Origin: Gemmatimonadales bacterium | GTDB taxonomy: Bacteria > Gemmatimonadota > Gemmatimonadetes > Gemmatimonadales > JACORV01 | Length of the DNA stretch: 64,000 nt | Direction of reading: 5' to 3' | Assembly (NCBI GenBank): GCA_035502185.1 | Contig: DATJUT010000101.1 | Location: forward strand, 24,300-88,299 | In this document: positions 46,556-54,758 of the stretch, in pieces | Numbering within the stretch: the stretch's first letter is position 1 | Layout: each line of letters begins with the position of its first letter | The notes under the pieces: generated by a model | The model's database searches: none | The model's input: only the letters and a program-made list of their open reading frames with translations | Told to the model about the DNA's origin: nothing | Translations under genes and position numbers: made by a program

Positions 46556-49486
46556 CTAGTCCCGCGGCTCGACCCGCACGGCGGTCACCTTGAACTCCGG
46601 GATCTTGGCATAGGGGTCGAGCACGGTGTTGGTGAGCAGGTTGGCGGCCGCCTCGCGGAAGTGGAACGGCACGAACACCTGCCGGGGCCGCACCCGGTCC
46701 GAGAGGCGCGCGGCGATCACCATCGAGCTGCGCCGCGAGGTCACGCGCACTTCCTGGCCGTCGCGGACGCCGAGGGCGGCGGCGTCGGCCGGATTCAGCT
46801 CGATGGTCGGCACCGGCTCGCGCGAGTCGAGCCCCTTGGAGCGGCGCGTCATCGTCCCGGTGTGCCAGTGGTAGAGCTGCCGCCCGGTATTCATGACGAA
46901 CGGGTACTCGTCGTCCGGCAGCTCGGCGGGCGGCAGGTATTCCACGGCGACCATCGTCCCGCGCCCGTCGGCGGTGGGGAACCGGTCGCCGAACAGATAG
47001 TCGGTGCCCGGACTCGCGGCGTCGGGGACCGGGTACTGGAGGCCGGCCATGTCGAGGCGTCCATAGGTCACGCCGGCCCACGACGGCGTGACCGACGCGA
47101 TCTCCCGCATCACGCTCTCGGCGTCCCGGAACGGCGTCCGGAACCCCACCCGCTCCGACAGCTCGAGCAGGATGTCGAGATCGGCGCGGGCCCGACCGGG
47201 CGGCGTGCACGCCCTGCGCACCCGCTGGATGCGGCGCTCGGTGTTGACGAAGGTCCCCTCCTTCTCGGCGAACGAGGTGCCGGGCAGCACCACGTCGGCG
47301 AAGCGGGCCGTCTCGGTGAGGAACAGGTCCTGGACGGCCAGGAACTCGAGCCCGAGGAACCAGTCCTCCGCGTGGGCGACGTTGGGGTCGGAGATGACGG
47401 GGTTCTCCCCGAAGATGTACATGCCCGCCACCGGCGACTCGGCGCCGACGATCTCCGTGACCTTGAGGCCCGGCGTGAGGGACAGCGCCTCGTCCCCGAC
47501 GCCCCAGGCGGCGGCGAACCGGTGGCGGACCGCGGGGTCGTTGACCGGCTGGTAGTCGGTGTACGACATCGGGATCCCGCCGACGTCGGACGCGCCCTGC
47601 ACGTTGTTCTGGCCGCGGATCGGGATCATCGCGGCGCCCCACCGCCCGATCATCCCGGTGGCGAGGATGAGGTTGAGGAGGGCGGTGACGATGTCGGTCC
47701 CGGTCGAGTGCTGGGTGAGGCCCATCGCCCACAGGGTCGAGGTCCGCGGCCCCCGCGCGTACGCCTCGGCCGCCCGCGCGATGTCCGCGGCCTTCACCCC
47801 GGTGATGGCCTCCGCCCGCTCCAGCGTGTAGGGCTGCACCGCGGCCGAGACCGCCTCGAAGCCGTGGGTGCGCCGGCCGATGAAGTCCCGGTCGTGGAGC
47901 CCGCTCGCCACGATGTGGCGCAGCATCGCGTTGAAGAGCACCACGTCGGTGCCCGGCAGGAGCTGCAGGTGGATGTCCGCCCGGCGCGCCAGCTCGATCC
48001 CGCGGGGCTCGGCCACGATGAGCGTGGCGCCGCGCCGCTGGGCGCGCTTCAGGGCGGCGCCGAAGACGGGGTGCGCCTCGGTCACGTTGGCGCCGGCGAC
48101 GAAGATGACGTCGGCCTCGTGCTCCACCTCGCGCATCGAGCCCGAGGCGGCGGACGTGCTGAGCGCGCGCTGCATCGCCGCCACCGACGACGAGTGGCAC
48201 AGCCGGGTGCAGTGGTCCACGTTGTTGGTGCCGAACCGGCCGCGGAAGATCCGCTGCAGGACGTAGTTCTCCTCGTTGGTGCACTTGGCCGAGCAGAAGA
48301 CGGCCAGCGCCTCGGGGCCGCGCTCGCGGTGGAGCCGCACCAGCTCCTGGGCGGCCAGCTCCAGGGCCTCGTCCCAGGTCGCCTCGCGGAACGGCTCGTA
48401 CCAGTCGGCCGGGGTCGCCACCCGGTCGCGCACGTCCTCCGCGCCCCGCGGGGCGCGGGCGATCTCGCCGAGCGACTTGCCGACCGAGCGCACCGGCGGC
48501 CGGGCCTTGGCGCGAGCACCCTCGGCCTCGATCGTGAGCCACGGGCCCCGGCGGCGCACGCCCGACGCGGCGCCCTCCCACACCCACCGGTCCCCGCGCT
48601 TCGTCCAGCCGCGGCGGATCAGCGGCGCGGTGAGGCGGTCGCGGTGCTGGGGGAAGTCGTAGCCGAACCGGCCCTTCACGCAGGTGGAGCCGAGGTTGGG
48701 GGTGTCCTCCTCGATCCACGGGCTGGTGACCCGGACCACCTGCTCGTCGGCCACGTGGAGGTCCACCTGGCACCCGACGCCACAGTAGGGGCAGACCGAC
48801 CGGACGACCCGGTCCGGCTCCGCGATCTGGCGGGCCGTGAACTTCTCGGCCGGCAGCACCTCGTGGATCGCCCCGGTGGGGCAGACCCGCACGCACTCGC
48901 CGCACCAGGTGCAGGCCGCGTGGTCGGGATCGCCGTCGCCGCCCACGACGATCTCGGCGTGCTCGCCGCGCTGCGCCACGTCCAGCACGCCCACCACCTG
49001 GATGTCGGCGCACGCCCGGACGCAGCGCGTGCACAGGATGCAGGTGCTCATGTCGTGCCGGATCATCGGGTCGCCGGGGCGCTCGTCGCCGTGCCGGAGG
49101 CCGAGGGCGTGCTCGCGCTGTGGCCGCGGGCGCACGCCGTAGCGGCGGACCAGCCGCTCGAACTCGTTCGGGTGCTCGCCGTCGCCGATCAGGCGGTCGG
49201 TGGGGTAGCGCTGGAGCAGGAGGTCGAGCACGCTGCGGCGGTTGGCGACGGCGGCCGGCGTCTCCGTGCCGACCACCATGCCGCTCTGGGCGGCGGTGGC
49301 GCACGCGGCGACGAGCTTGGGCGCGCCTTCGACGCTCACCAGGCAGATCCGGCACGAGCCGACGACCGGCAGCGTCGGGTACCAGCACAGCGTCGGGATC
49401 TCGATGCCGAGGGACCGCGCGGCCTCGAGGATCGTCGTGTCTTCGGCCACGTGCACCGGCCGGCCATCCACCGTCAGCGTGATCAT
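46556..49486 (-). CDS. Formate dehydrogenase alpha subunit-like molybdopterin oxidoreductase with N-terminal Fe-S domains
   Basis: N-terminal 2Fe-2S (CRIC) and 4Fe-4S motifs (CILCTRCVRAC, CTWCGECVRVCPTGA). MopB core with Cys (LCHSSS) and no in-frame TGA. Start 49486, or 49513/49540. Confidence 0.9.
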   Translation of the reverse strand: MITLTVDGRPVHVAEDTTILEAARSLGIEIPTLCWYPTLPVVGSCRICLVSVEGAPKLVAACATAAQSGMVVGTETPAAVANRRSVLDLLLQRYPTDRLIGDGEHPNEFERLVRRYGVRPRPQREHALGLRHGDERPGDPMIRHDMSTCILCTRCVRACADIQVVGVLDVAQRGEHAEIVVGGDGDPDHAACTWCGECVRVCPTGAIHEVLPAEKFTARQIAEPDRVVRSVCPYCGVGCQVDLHVADEQVVRVTSPWIEEDTPNLGSTCVKGRFGYDFPQHRDRLTAPLIRRGWTKRGDRWVWEGAASGVRRRGPWLTIEAEGARAKARPPVRSVGKSLGEIARAPRGAEDVRDRVATPADWYEPFREATWDEALELAAQELVRLHRERGPEALAVFCSAKCTNEENYVLQRIFRGRFGTNNVDHCTRLCHSSSVAAMQRALSTSAASGSMREVEHEADVIFVAGANVTEAHPVFGAALKRAQRRGATLIVAEPRGIELARRADIHLQLLPGTDVVLFNAMLRHIVASGLHDRDFIGRRTHGFEAVSAAVQPYTLERAEAITGVKAADIARAAEAYARGPRTSTLWAMGLTQHSTGTDIVTALLNLILATGMIGRWGAAMIPIRGQNNVQGASDVGGIPMSYTDYQPVNDPAVRHRFAAAWGVGDEALSLTPGLKVTEIVGAESPVAGMYIFGENPVISDPNVAHAEDWFLGLEFLAVQDLFLTETARFADVVLPGTSFAEKEGTFVNTERRIQRVRRACTPPGRARADLDILLELSERVGFRTPFRDAESVMREIASVTPSWAGVTYGRLDMAGLQYPVPDAASPGTDYLFGDRFPTADGRGTMVAVEYLPPAELPDDEYPFVMNTGRQLYHWHTGTMTRRSKGLDSREPVPTIELNPADAAALGVRDGQEVRVTSRRSSMVIAARLSDRVRPRQVFVPFHFREAAANLLTNTVLDPYAKIPEFKVTAVRVEPRD

Positions 49487-49558
49487 CGACGCGCTTGGAA
49501 GGGTCACGGGCATTGTACACCGGAGGAGGGGAACCGGCAAAATCGTCGCTCCAACCTA

Positions 49559-49586
49559 TTGCGCGTCCGAAGGACTCTTATATATT
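49559..49586 (+). promoter_or_regulatory. Sigma-70-like promoter TTGCGC-N16-TATATT
   Basis: Read directly in a low-GC intergenic patch. It would drive a transcript with a leader of about 220 nt ahead of the microORF. Confidence 0.35.
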
Positions 49587-49815
49587 GGCGCTTAAGGGTT
49601 TGCGCACTGATGGAGAAACCTGTTTGGAATTAGCCCCAAAATCTCTCGACATCGCAATGTCGATCGCGCGTCTGGCGCCGGTCGCGGCGTCCCTTGTCGG
49701 CTCGCGCGATGTCTCCTCCGACCTCCGCTCTTCCACCACCTACAGCGCTGATCATGGTGTCTGACCGTCGGCCACTTCGGGCCGCCGGAATGTTTCACCA
49801 TTTCGAGGAGGCTGT

Positions 49816-49878
49816 ATGGCGATGAAGAAGAAGAAGGCCGCCAAGAAGACGGCGAAGAAGTCCAAGAAGAAGAAGTAG
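49816..49878 (+). CDS. Lysine-rich 20-aa microprotein MAMKKKKAAKKTAKKSKKKK
   Basis: GAGGAGG Shine-Dalgarno sequence 4 nt upstream. ATG, 13 Lys codons all AAG, TAG stop. Followed by a hairpin. Below the ORF-track length cutoff. Confidence 0.4.
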   Translation: MAMKKKKAAKKTAKKSKKKK

Positions 49879-49896
49879 TTTCTGCTTGGATGCACA

Positions 49897-49920
49897 GGGG
49901 CCGGCGATTTTGCCGGCCCC
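49897..49920 (+). terminator. Hairpin GGGGCCGGC-gatttt-GCCGGCCCC downstream of the microORF
   Basis: Perfect 9-bp GC stem. The downstream sequence is only modestly T-rich (GCGCATTTCC). Confidence 0.5.
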
Positions 49921-49945
49921 GCGCATTTCCGTATATTGCGCCGCC

Positions 49946-51712
49946 GTGATCCTCCACCACGAGCAGCGCAACCGCGACCTGGCGGTGGACGGCCCCTCCG
50001 CGCGACTCGGCCGCGACCCGACCCTGGAGCTCAGCTTCGATCCCGACGACGACGTCGTCAGCGCGGTCCACGCCCGCGTGTGGCGCGACGCGGACGGGTC
50101 GTGGTGGCTGGAAGACCTGGGCAGCACCAACGGCACCTGGCTCAACGGCCGGCGGATGGCCGCGGCCGAACCGCTGCGCTCCGGGGACCGGTTCACGCTC
50201 GGGCAGCGCGGGCCGGCGCTGCGCGCGACCGTGCCGGGCGAGCCCGTGCGCACCCGGGTCGAGCGCGCGGCGGACGCGGCGCCGCCCGTTCTCAAGCTGC
50301 GCCGGGTCGCGGGCGGGGAAGACCTCGTGGCCCTGGGCGCCGAGATCCTGCTCGGCCGCGCCGCCACCTGCACCATCCCGCTCCGGACCGTGGCCGACAC
50401 GGTGGTCTCGAAGCGGCACGCGACGGTCGCGTTCGACGAGGCCGGGGCCGCGACGGTCACCGACCTCCACAGCCGCAACGGGACCTACGTCAACGGGCAG
50501 CGGGTCCGCGGGCCGGCGATGCTGAAGCTGGGCGACCGCATCATGCTCGGCTGGCACGGCCCGCTGTTCGAGGTGCGCGTCCTCGGCACCACCACCCTCC
50601 CGGAGGGGCAGGGCGCCGAATACCGGCCGCAGCTGCAGCCGGCCAAGACGCTGGGGGGCATCGTCCAGGCGGCCCGCGGCGAGGCCGGGACGGCGCACAG
50701 CGCGCGGGCGGCGGTGTTCGCCCGCTCGCTCGCCCGGCAGCTGGCCCGGGAATCGTCGGCCGCGCTCAAGGTGGCGACCGCCGTCGTCGTCGCCGCGCTG
50801 GTGCTTGCGGTGCTGCTGGTCTACCGCTCGGCGTCGCGGGAGCGCGCCGAGGCGGATGAGCGGCTCGCCAGCGCCGAGCGGGCGTTCGCCGCCCAGCTGC
50901 AGGCGGCGAGCGAGTCGCAGCTGCGCGCCGACTCGGTCATCATGCGGCTCCGGCACGATCTCCAGGTCGCCCGGAGCTCGAGCGTCCCGCGCGCCGTCGT
51001 CGAGAGCCTTGAGGCCCAGCTGAGCGGCGCGGAGCAGCGCGCCGGCGGCGCGCTCGGCCCGACCACCGTGGCGGACTTCTCGCGGGTCTCGGAGGAGAAC
51101 CAGGCCGCGGTGGGCATGGTGATCGCCCGCTATCCGTTCGACTCGGTGATGGGCAGCGGCTTCGTGATCACGCCCTCGGGCTACCTGCTGACCAACGGAC
51201 ACGTGGTGCGGGACTCGAGCCGGGGTCGGCCGCGGGCCATCGAGGTCGTGATGGCGGACACCCGGACGCCGCTCCTGGCGGACGTCGTCGCCACCAGCGA
51301 CGTGCCCGATCAGGACATCGCCGTGGTGAAGATCAGGGGGTACCACGGGGCGGTGGTCCGCGCCGTCGATTGGGCGGGTCGCGGCGTGCGCCAGGGCGCG
51401 GCCGCGGCGCTGATCGGCTTCCCGCGCGGCACGCAACTGGCCTTCGATCCCAACGGTTTCGTCCGGACCACGATGTTCGCGGGCGTCATCGCCAAGGCCA
51501 CCAGCGAGTGGATCCAGTTCGCCGGCTCCACCGACGCCGGCTCGTCCGGCAGTCCGGTGTTCGACGCCGCGGGCGCCGTCATCGGCATCCACTACGGCGC
51601 CTTCGCGGCGCCCGGCGGCGAGAGTGGCTCGCTCCCGCTCGGCTTCGCCATCCCCATCGGGCGGGCACGACGCTGGCTGCCCCCCGAAGCCAAGGCGGAG
51701 CTGGGCCTGTGA
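49946..51712 (+). CDS. FHA-FHA-TM-trypsin-like serine protease
   Basis: Two FHA domains (GRDP...STNGTWLNG and GRAA...SRNGTYVNG). One TM helix (VATAVVVAALVLAVLLVY) and a coiled coil. S1-type triad TNGHVV / DIAVVK / GSSGSPVF. The start is GTG 49946 or TTG 49886. Confidence 0.8.
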   Translation: MILHHEQRNRDLAVDGPSARLGRDPTLELSFDPDDDVVSAVHARVWRDADGSWWLEDLGSTNGTWLNGRRMAAAEPLRSGDRFTLGQRGPALRATVPGEPVRTRVERAADAAPPVLKLRRVAGGEDLVALGAEILLGRAATCTIPLRTVADTVVSKRHATVAFDEAGAATVTDLHSRNGTYVNGQRVRGPAMLKLGDRIMLGWHGPLFEVRVLGTTTLPEGQGAEYRPQLQPAKTLGGIVQAARGEAGTAHSARAAVFARSLARQLARESSAALKVATAVVVAALVLAVLLVYRSASRERAEADERLASAERAFAAQLQAASESQLRADSVIMRLRHDLQVARSSSVPRAVVESLEAQLSGAEQRAGGALGPTTVADFSRVSEENQAAVGMVIARYPFDSVMGSGFVITPSGYLLTNGHVVRDSSRGRPRAIEVVMADTRTPLLADVVATSDVPDQDIAVVKIRGYHGAVVRAVDWAGRGVRQGAAAALIGFPRGTQLAFDPNGFVRTTMFAGVIAKATSEWIQFAGSTDAGSSGSPVFDAAGAVIGIHYGAFAAPGGESGSLPLGFAIPIGRARRWLPPEAKAELGL

Positions 51713-51730
51713 TCCGACCGGAAACGAAAC

Positions 51731-51754
51731 GGGGCCCGGCAACCGCCGGACCCC
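51731..51754. terminator. Hairpin between convergent genes
   Basis: GGGGCCCGGC aacc GCCGGACCCC (one mismatch), preceded by GAAACGAAAC, which gives a U-rich tail on the minus strand. Confidence 0.45.
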
Positions 51755-51779
51755 GGATGGTCGGTGGAGCGCGAGCGGA

Positions 51780-51929
51780 CTAGTTCCGCTCCCGCCACTC
51801 CTCCACGTCGTTCGCCTCTTCTTCGTCGGCCCAGAACCACATCAGGATGCGCGGTGCGCGGTGCACGTCCGCCCCGTCCCGGATCACGATGCCCACCGGC
51901 TCCGTCGCCGCCAAGATCGCTGTCGCCAT
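51780..51929 (-). CDS. Hypothetical 49-aa protein
   Basis: ATG..TAG ORF MATAILAATEPVGIVIRDGADVHRAPRILMWFWADEEEANDVEEWRERN. Strong G/C third-position bias and no recognised motif. Confidence 0.3.
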   Translation of the reverse strand: MATAILAATEPVGIVIRDGADVHRAPRILMWFWADEEEANDVEEWRERN

Positions 51930-52082
51930 TCGACGCCCGCCTCACGATAGGAACGACCACCGCGCGGACCAAGCCCGCCCGCTGTTGCTAAGGCATTCCT
52001 CGTGCCTGACGCTCGAGTTACGGAAGTCGTTATCGGCGAAGGAATTACGCGTAAAGCCAGCAAGCGAATGTCGGATTGTGTG

Positions 52083-52931
52083 TCAGTCTGACACTGAGTC
52101 CATCGTTTCACTCTGACTCGGATTGAGGCCCGGGTGGGAGGCCAGGAAGCCGACGTTGCGCGGGCGGCGCGCACTCGGCGCCGGTGGCTGCGCGCGCGCG
52201 ATGGTCCAGTCGGCGTACAGGGAGCGGAGGGCGTCACTCGAGACCGGCGGGGCCTTGGCCCCGGCGCCGACGGCGGGCATCACCGCGTGGTGGGCCCCCG
52301 GGGCGGTGACGGCCTTGAGCCGGCGGATGAGGTCCGCGCGGTCGCCGGCCGCGAGCGCGGCGAGCGCCGTCGTTTCGATCACGCACCCCTCGATCGCGCC
52401 GTCCGGCGTCCACGACTCGAGCGGCGCGACGAGACACTCGATGCGGCTGCCGAGCTGCTCGGCCATGGCGCGGTTCTCGAGCCCCTCGATGCCGGCGAGG
52501 TCGGGGTCCGCGACCAGGACGGTCGCGCCGCGCGCGGCGAGGAACAAGGCGCAGGCGCCGTCGGCCGCGCCGACCACCACGACCCGGTCCCGGTCCCCGA
52601 TGCGCTCGGCCAGCGCGACGACCGGGTCGTGCGGGGCGAGCCCCCAGTGCGAGGGCTCCACCTGTGCGGCCCGCAGGGCCAGGTGGCGCTCGCGCCAGCG
52701 GCGGTAGGACGGCAGCCTGAGGCGCCGGCGGATGATGGTATCCACCTGCTCCTGGAGCAGAACCTCGGTGAGCTGGTACTGCTCGGTGCGGGTCAGCTCC
52801 TGCACCGCCTCGTCGCCGATGCCGAGGATGGACGCCCGCGGCAGGCCGTCCTTGTACTCCTCGATGCGCTGCTCAATGAACTCCTCGTACTCCGAGCGGA
52901 GGCTGCGCGGTGCGCGGGCGGCTCGTTCCAC
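52083..52931 (-). CDS. Hypothetical protein, possible Rossmann-fold methyltransferase-like domain
   Basis: GTG start 5 nt after the CDF stop. VVVVGAADGACALFLAARGATVLVADPD resembles SAM-methyltransferase motif I. The function call is weak. Confidence 0.5.
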   Translation of the reverse strand: MERAARAPRSLRSEYEEFIEQRIEEYKDGLPRASILGIGDEAVQELTRTEQYQLTEVLLQEQVDTIIRRRLRLPSYRRWRERHLALRAAQVEPSHWGLAPHDPVVALAERIGDRDRVVVVGAADGACALFLAARGATVLVADPDLAGIEGLENRAMAEQLGSRIECLVAPLESWTPDGAIEGCVIETTALAALAAGDRADLIRRLKAVTAPGAHHAVMPAVGAGAKAPPVSSDALRSLYADWTIARAQPPAPSARRPRNVGFLASHPGLNPSQSETMDSVSD

Positions 52932-52936
52932 GGCGC

Positions 52937-53815
52937 TCAGGCCGGCTCGATGTGCACGACGACGCGGTCGAGCTTGAGGTCGTCCTTGAGCTGGTGCTCG
53001 ACCGCGTCGGCGATGTCGTGCGCGTCGTCCACGGACAGGCGGCCCGAGACCCGGATGGTGAGCTCGGCCAGGGCGACCCCGGCGGCCAGGCGCGAGCGGA
53101 TGTCGTACGCGGAGCGGACTCCCTCCACGCCCTCGGCGGAGCGGCGCACCGCCTCGGGCGCCTGGGCGGCCTGGTCCACGAGCACCGGGACGCCGCGGCG
53201 CAGGATCTGGTAGGCGACGCGCCCGATCATGAGCACGACCACGAGCGTCACGATCGGGTCCACGTGGCGGATGCCGGCGCGCGACAGCACGCTGCCGGCG
53301 ATCACGCCGGTCGTGATCATCACGTCCACCCGGGTGTGGGCGGCGTCGGCCAGCAGCAGGTCGCTCGAGAACTCGTGCCCCTTGCGGGCCTCGAGCCAGG
53401 CGACCCAGAGGTTCACCACCAGCGTGCCGGCCAGCAATCCGAGGTCAATCCCGGTCAGAACCGGTGGCGGCGCCTGGGACACGAGCCGGGCGAGCGCGCT
53501 CTTGAGCAGCTCGAACGACGCGATCGCGAGAAAGATGACGATGCTCAGGGCGCCGAGCACCTCGAACTTGCCGTGCCCGTACGGGTGGTTGGCGTCCGCC
53601 TCGGCACCGGCATACCGCATCAGCACCACGAACACCATGTTGTTGAGGGCGTCCACCGAGGAGTGGATGGCGTCGCTGATGACGGAGAGGGAGCCGGCCC
53701 GGATGCCGATGGTGGCCTTGACCCCCACGACCACCAGATTGGCGGCGAGAAGGCCGAAGAACACGCGCTGGATGGAAGCCGTGCGGTCGCGCCCGGGGGC
53801 GCCGGCCACTGCCAT
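52937..53815 (-). CDS. Cation diffusion facilitator (CDF) family metal efflux transporter
   Basis: TM2 motif SDAIHSSVDALNN, TM5 LLADAAHTRVD, and a C-terminal cytoplasmic domain. Alternative start at 53893. Confidence 0.88.
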   Translation of the reverse strand: MAVAGAPGRDRTASIQRVFFGLLAANLVVVGVKATIGIRAGSLSVISDAIHSSVDALNNMVFVVLMRYAGAEADANHPYGHGKFEVLGALSIVIFLAIASFELLKSALARLVSQAPPPVLTGIDLGLLAGTLVVNLWVAWLEARKGHEFSSDLLLADAAHTRVDVMITTGVIAGSVLSRAGIRHVDPIVTLVVVLMIGRVAYQILRRGVPVLVDQAAQAPEAVRRSAEGVEGVRSAYDIRSRLAAGVALAELTIRVSGRLSVDDAHDIADAVEHQLKDDLKLDRVVVHIEPA

Positions 53816-53909
53816 GCGGGCAAGCTGAGGATCGCCTTCCCCGCTGTCAACTCCCTTGTTGGCGTTTCCGGTGCTCCGTAGGTTGCGTTTCACGGAGGCA
53901 GCGGCCGAG

Positions 53910-54725
53910 ATGCACCTGGATCTCCACGTTCATTCGACCTGTTCCGACGGGACGCTCGCGCCGGCCGCGGTGGTCGGCGCGGCGCAGCGGGCGGGACTCG
54001 GGATGATCGCGCTGGCCGACCACGACACCGACGCCGGGGTCGGGCCGGCGCGGGCCGCGGCGGCGGGCTCCGGCGTGGCGGTCCTGGCGGCGATCGAGAT
54101 CACCTGCCTGAGGGACGGGCGGGAGCTGCACCTGTTGGGGTACGGCTTCCGCCCCGGGGACCCGGGCATCGCCGCGCTCTCCGCGCGGGCGGCCGGGGCT
54201 CGGCGCGAGCGCATCGCCGCGCTGGTCGAGCGTCTCGCGGCGCTCGGGGTGCGGATGGCCGTCGCCGACGTCACGACCGGGCCCGAGTGCGTCTCCGTCG
54301 GCCGCCTCCACCTGGCGCGCGCGCTGGTGCGCCGCGGCCACGCCGGGTCCATCTCCGACGCGTTCGCGCGGTTCATCGGGGACGGCGCTCCCGGCTGGGT
54401 GCCGAGCCGTGGCCCGGACGTCGCCGCCGCCATCGGCACGGTCGTCGCCGCCGGCGGGTGCCCGGTGTGGGCGCATCCCGCGCTCGAGGATGCGCGACAC
54501 TTCCCCGCGCTCGCCGAGCGCGGGCTCGCCGGCGTCGAGGCGCTGCGGCCGGCGCTGGACCCGCACGGCTCGGTGCAGCTCGAGCAGGCGGCGCGCGCCG
54601 CCGGCCTCGTGGTGACGGGCGGCTCCGACTGGCACGGCACGACGCGGCCGGCGCTGGGCAGCTGGTTCGTGACTGAGAAGCACGTGGGCGCGTTTCTCGA
54701 GCGTCTCGGGATCAGCCCGCCGTGA
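53910..54725 (+). CDS. PHP-domain phosphoesterase (TrpH/YciV-like)
   Basis: GGAGG Shine-Dalgarno sequence. MHLDLHVHSTCSDG metal-binding motif, ALADHD, and GGSDWHG near the C-terminus. Confidence 0.85.
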   Translation: MHLDLHVHSTCSDGTLAPAAVVGAAQRAGLGMIALADHDTDAGVGPARAAAAGSGVAVLAAIEITCLRDGRELHLLGYGFRPGDPGIAALSARAAGARRERIAALVERLAALGVRMAVADVTTGPECVSVGRLHLARALVRRGHAGSISDAFARFIGDGAPGWVPSRGPDVAAAIGTVVAAGGCPVWAHPALEDARHFPALAERGLAGVEALRPALDPHGSVQLEQAARAAGLVVTGGSDWHGTTRPALGSWFVTEKHVGAFLERLGISPP

Positions 54726-54758
54726 CCTGAGCGGACCGCATACCAAAAGGATGGCATC

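Noticed and set aside
46556-49486. Selenocysteine-containing formate dehydrogenase
   Set aside because: The reading frame has no internal TGA. The active-site position reads Cys (CTRLCHSSS), and I saw no SECIS-like hairpin requirement.
45762-49520. 1252-aa minus-strand ORF
   Set aside because: Only its last 263 codons (the SDR, starting at GTG 46553) are credible. The remainder is an out-of-frame shadow of the formate dehydrogenase-like gene 46556..49486.
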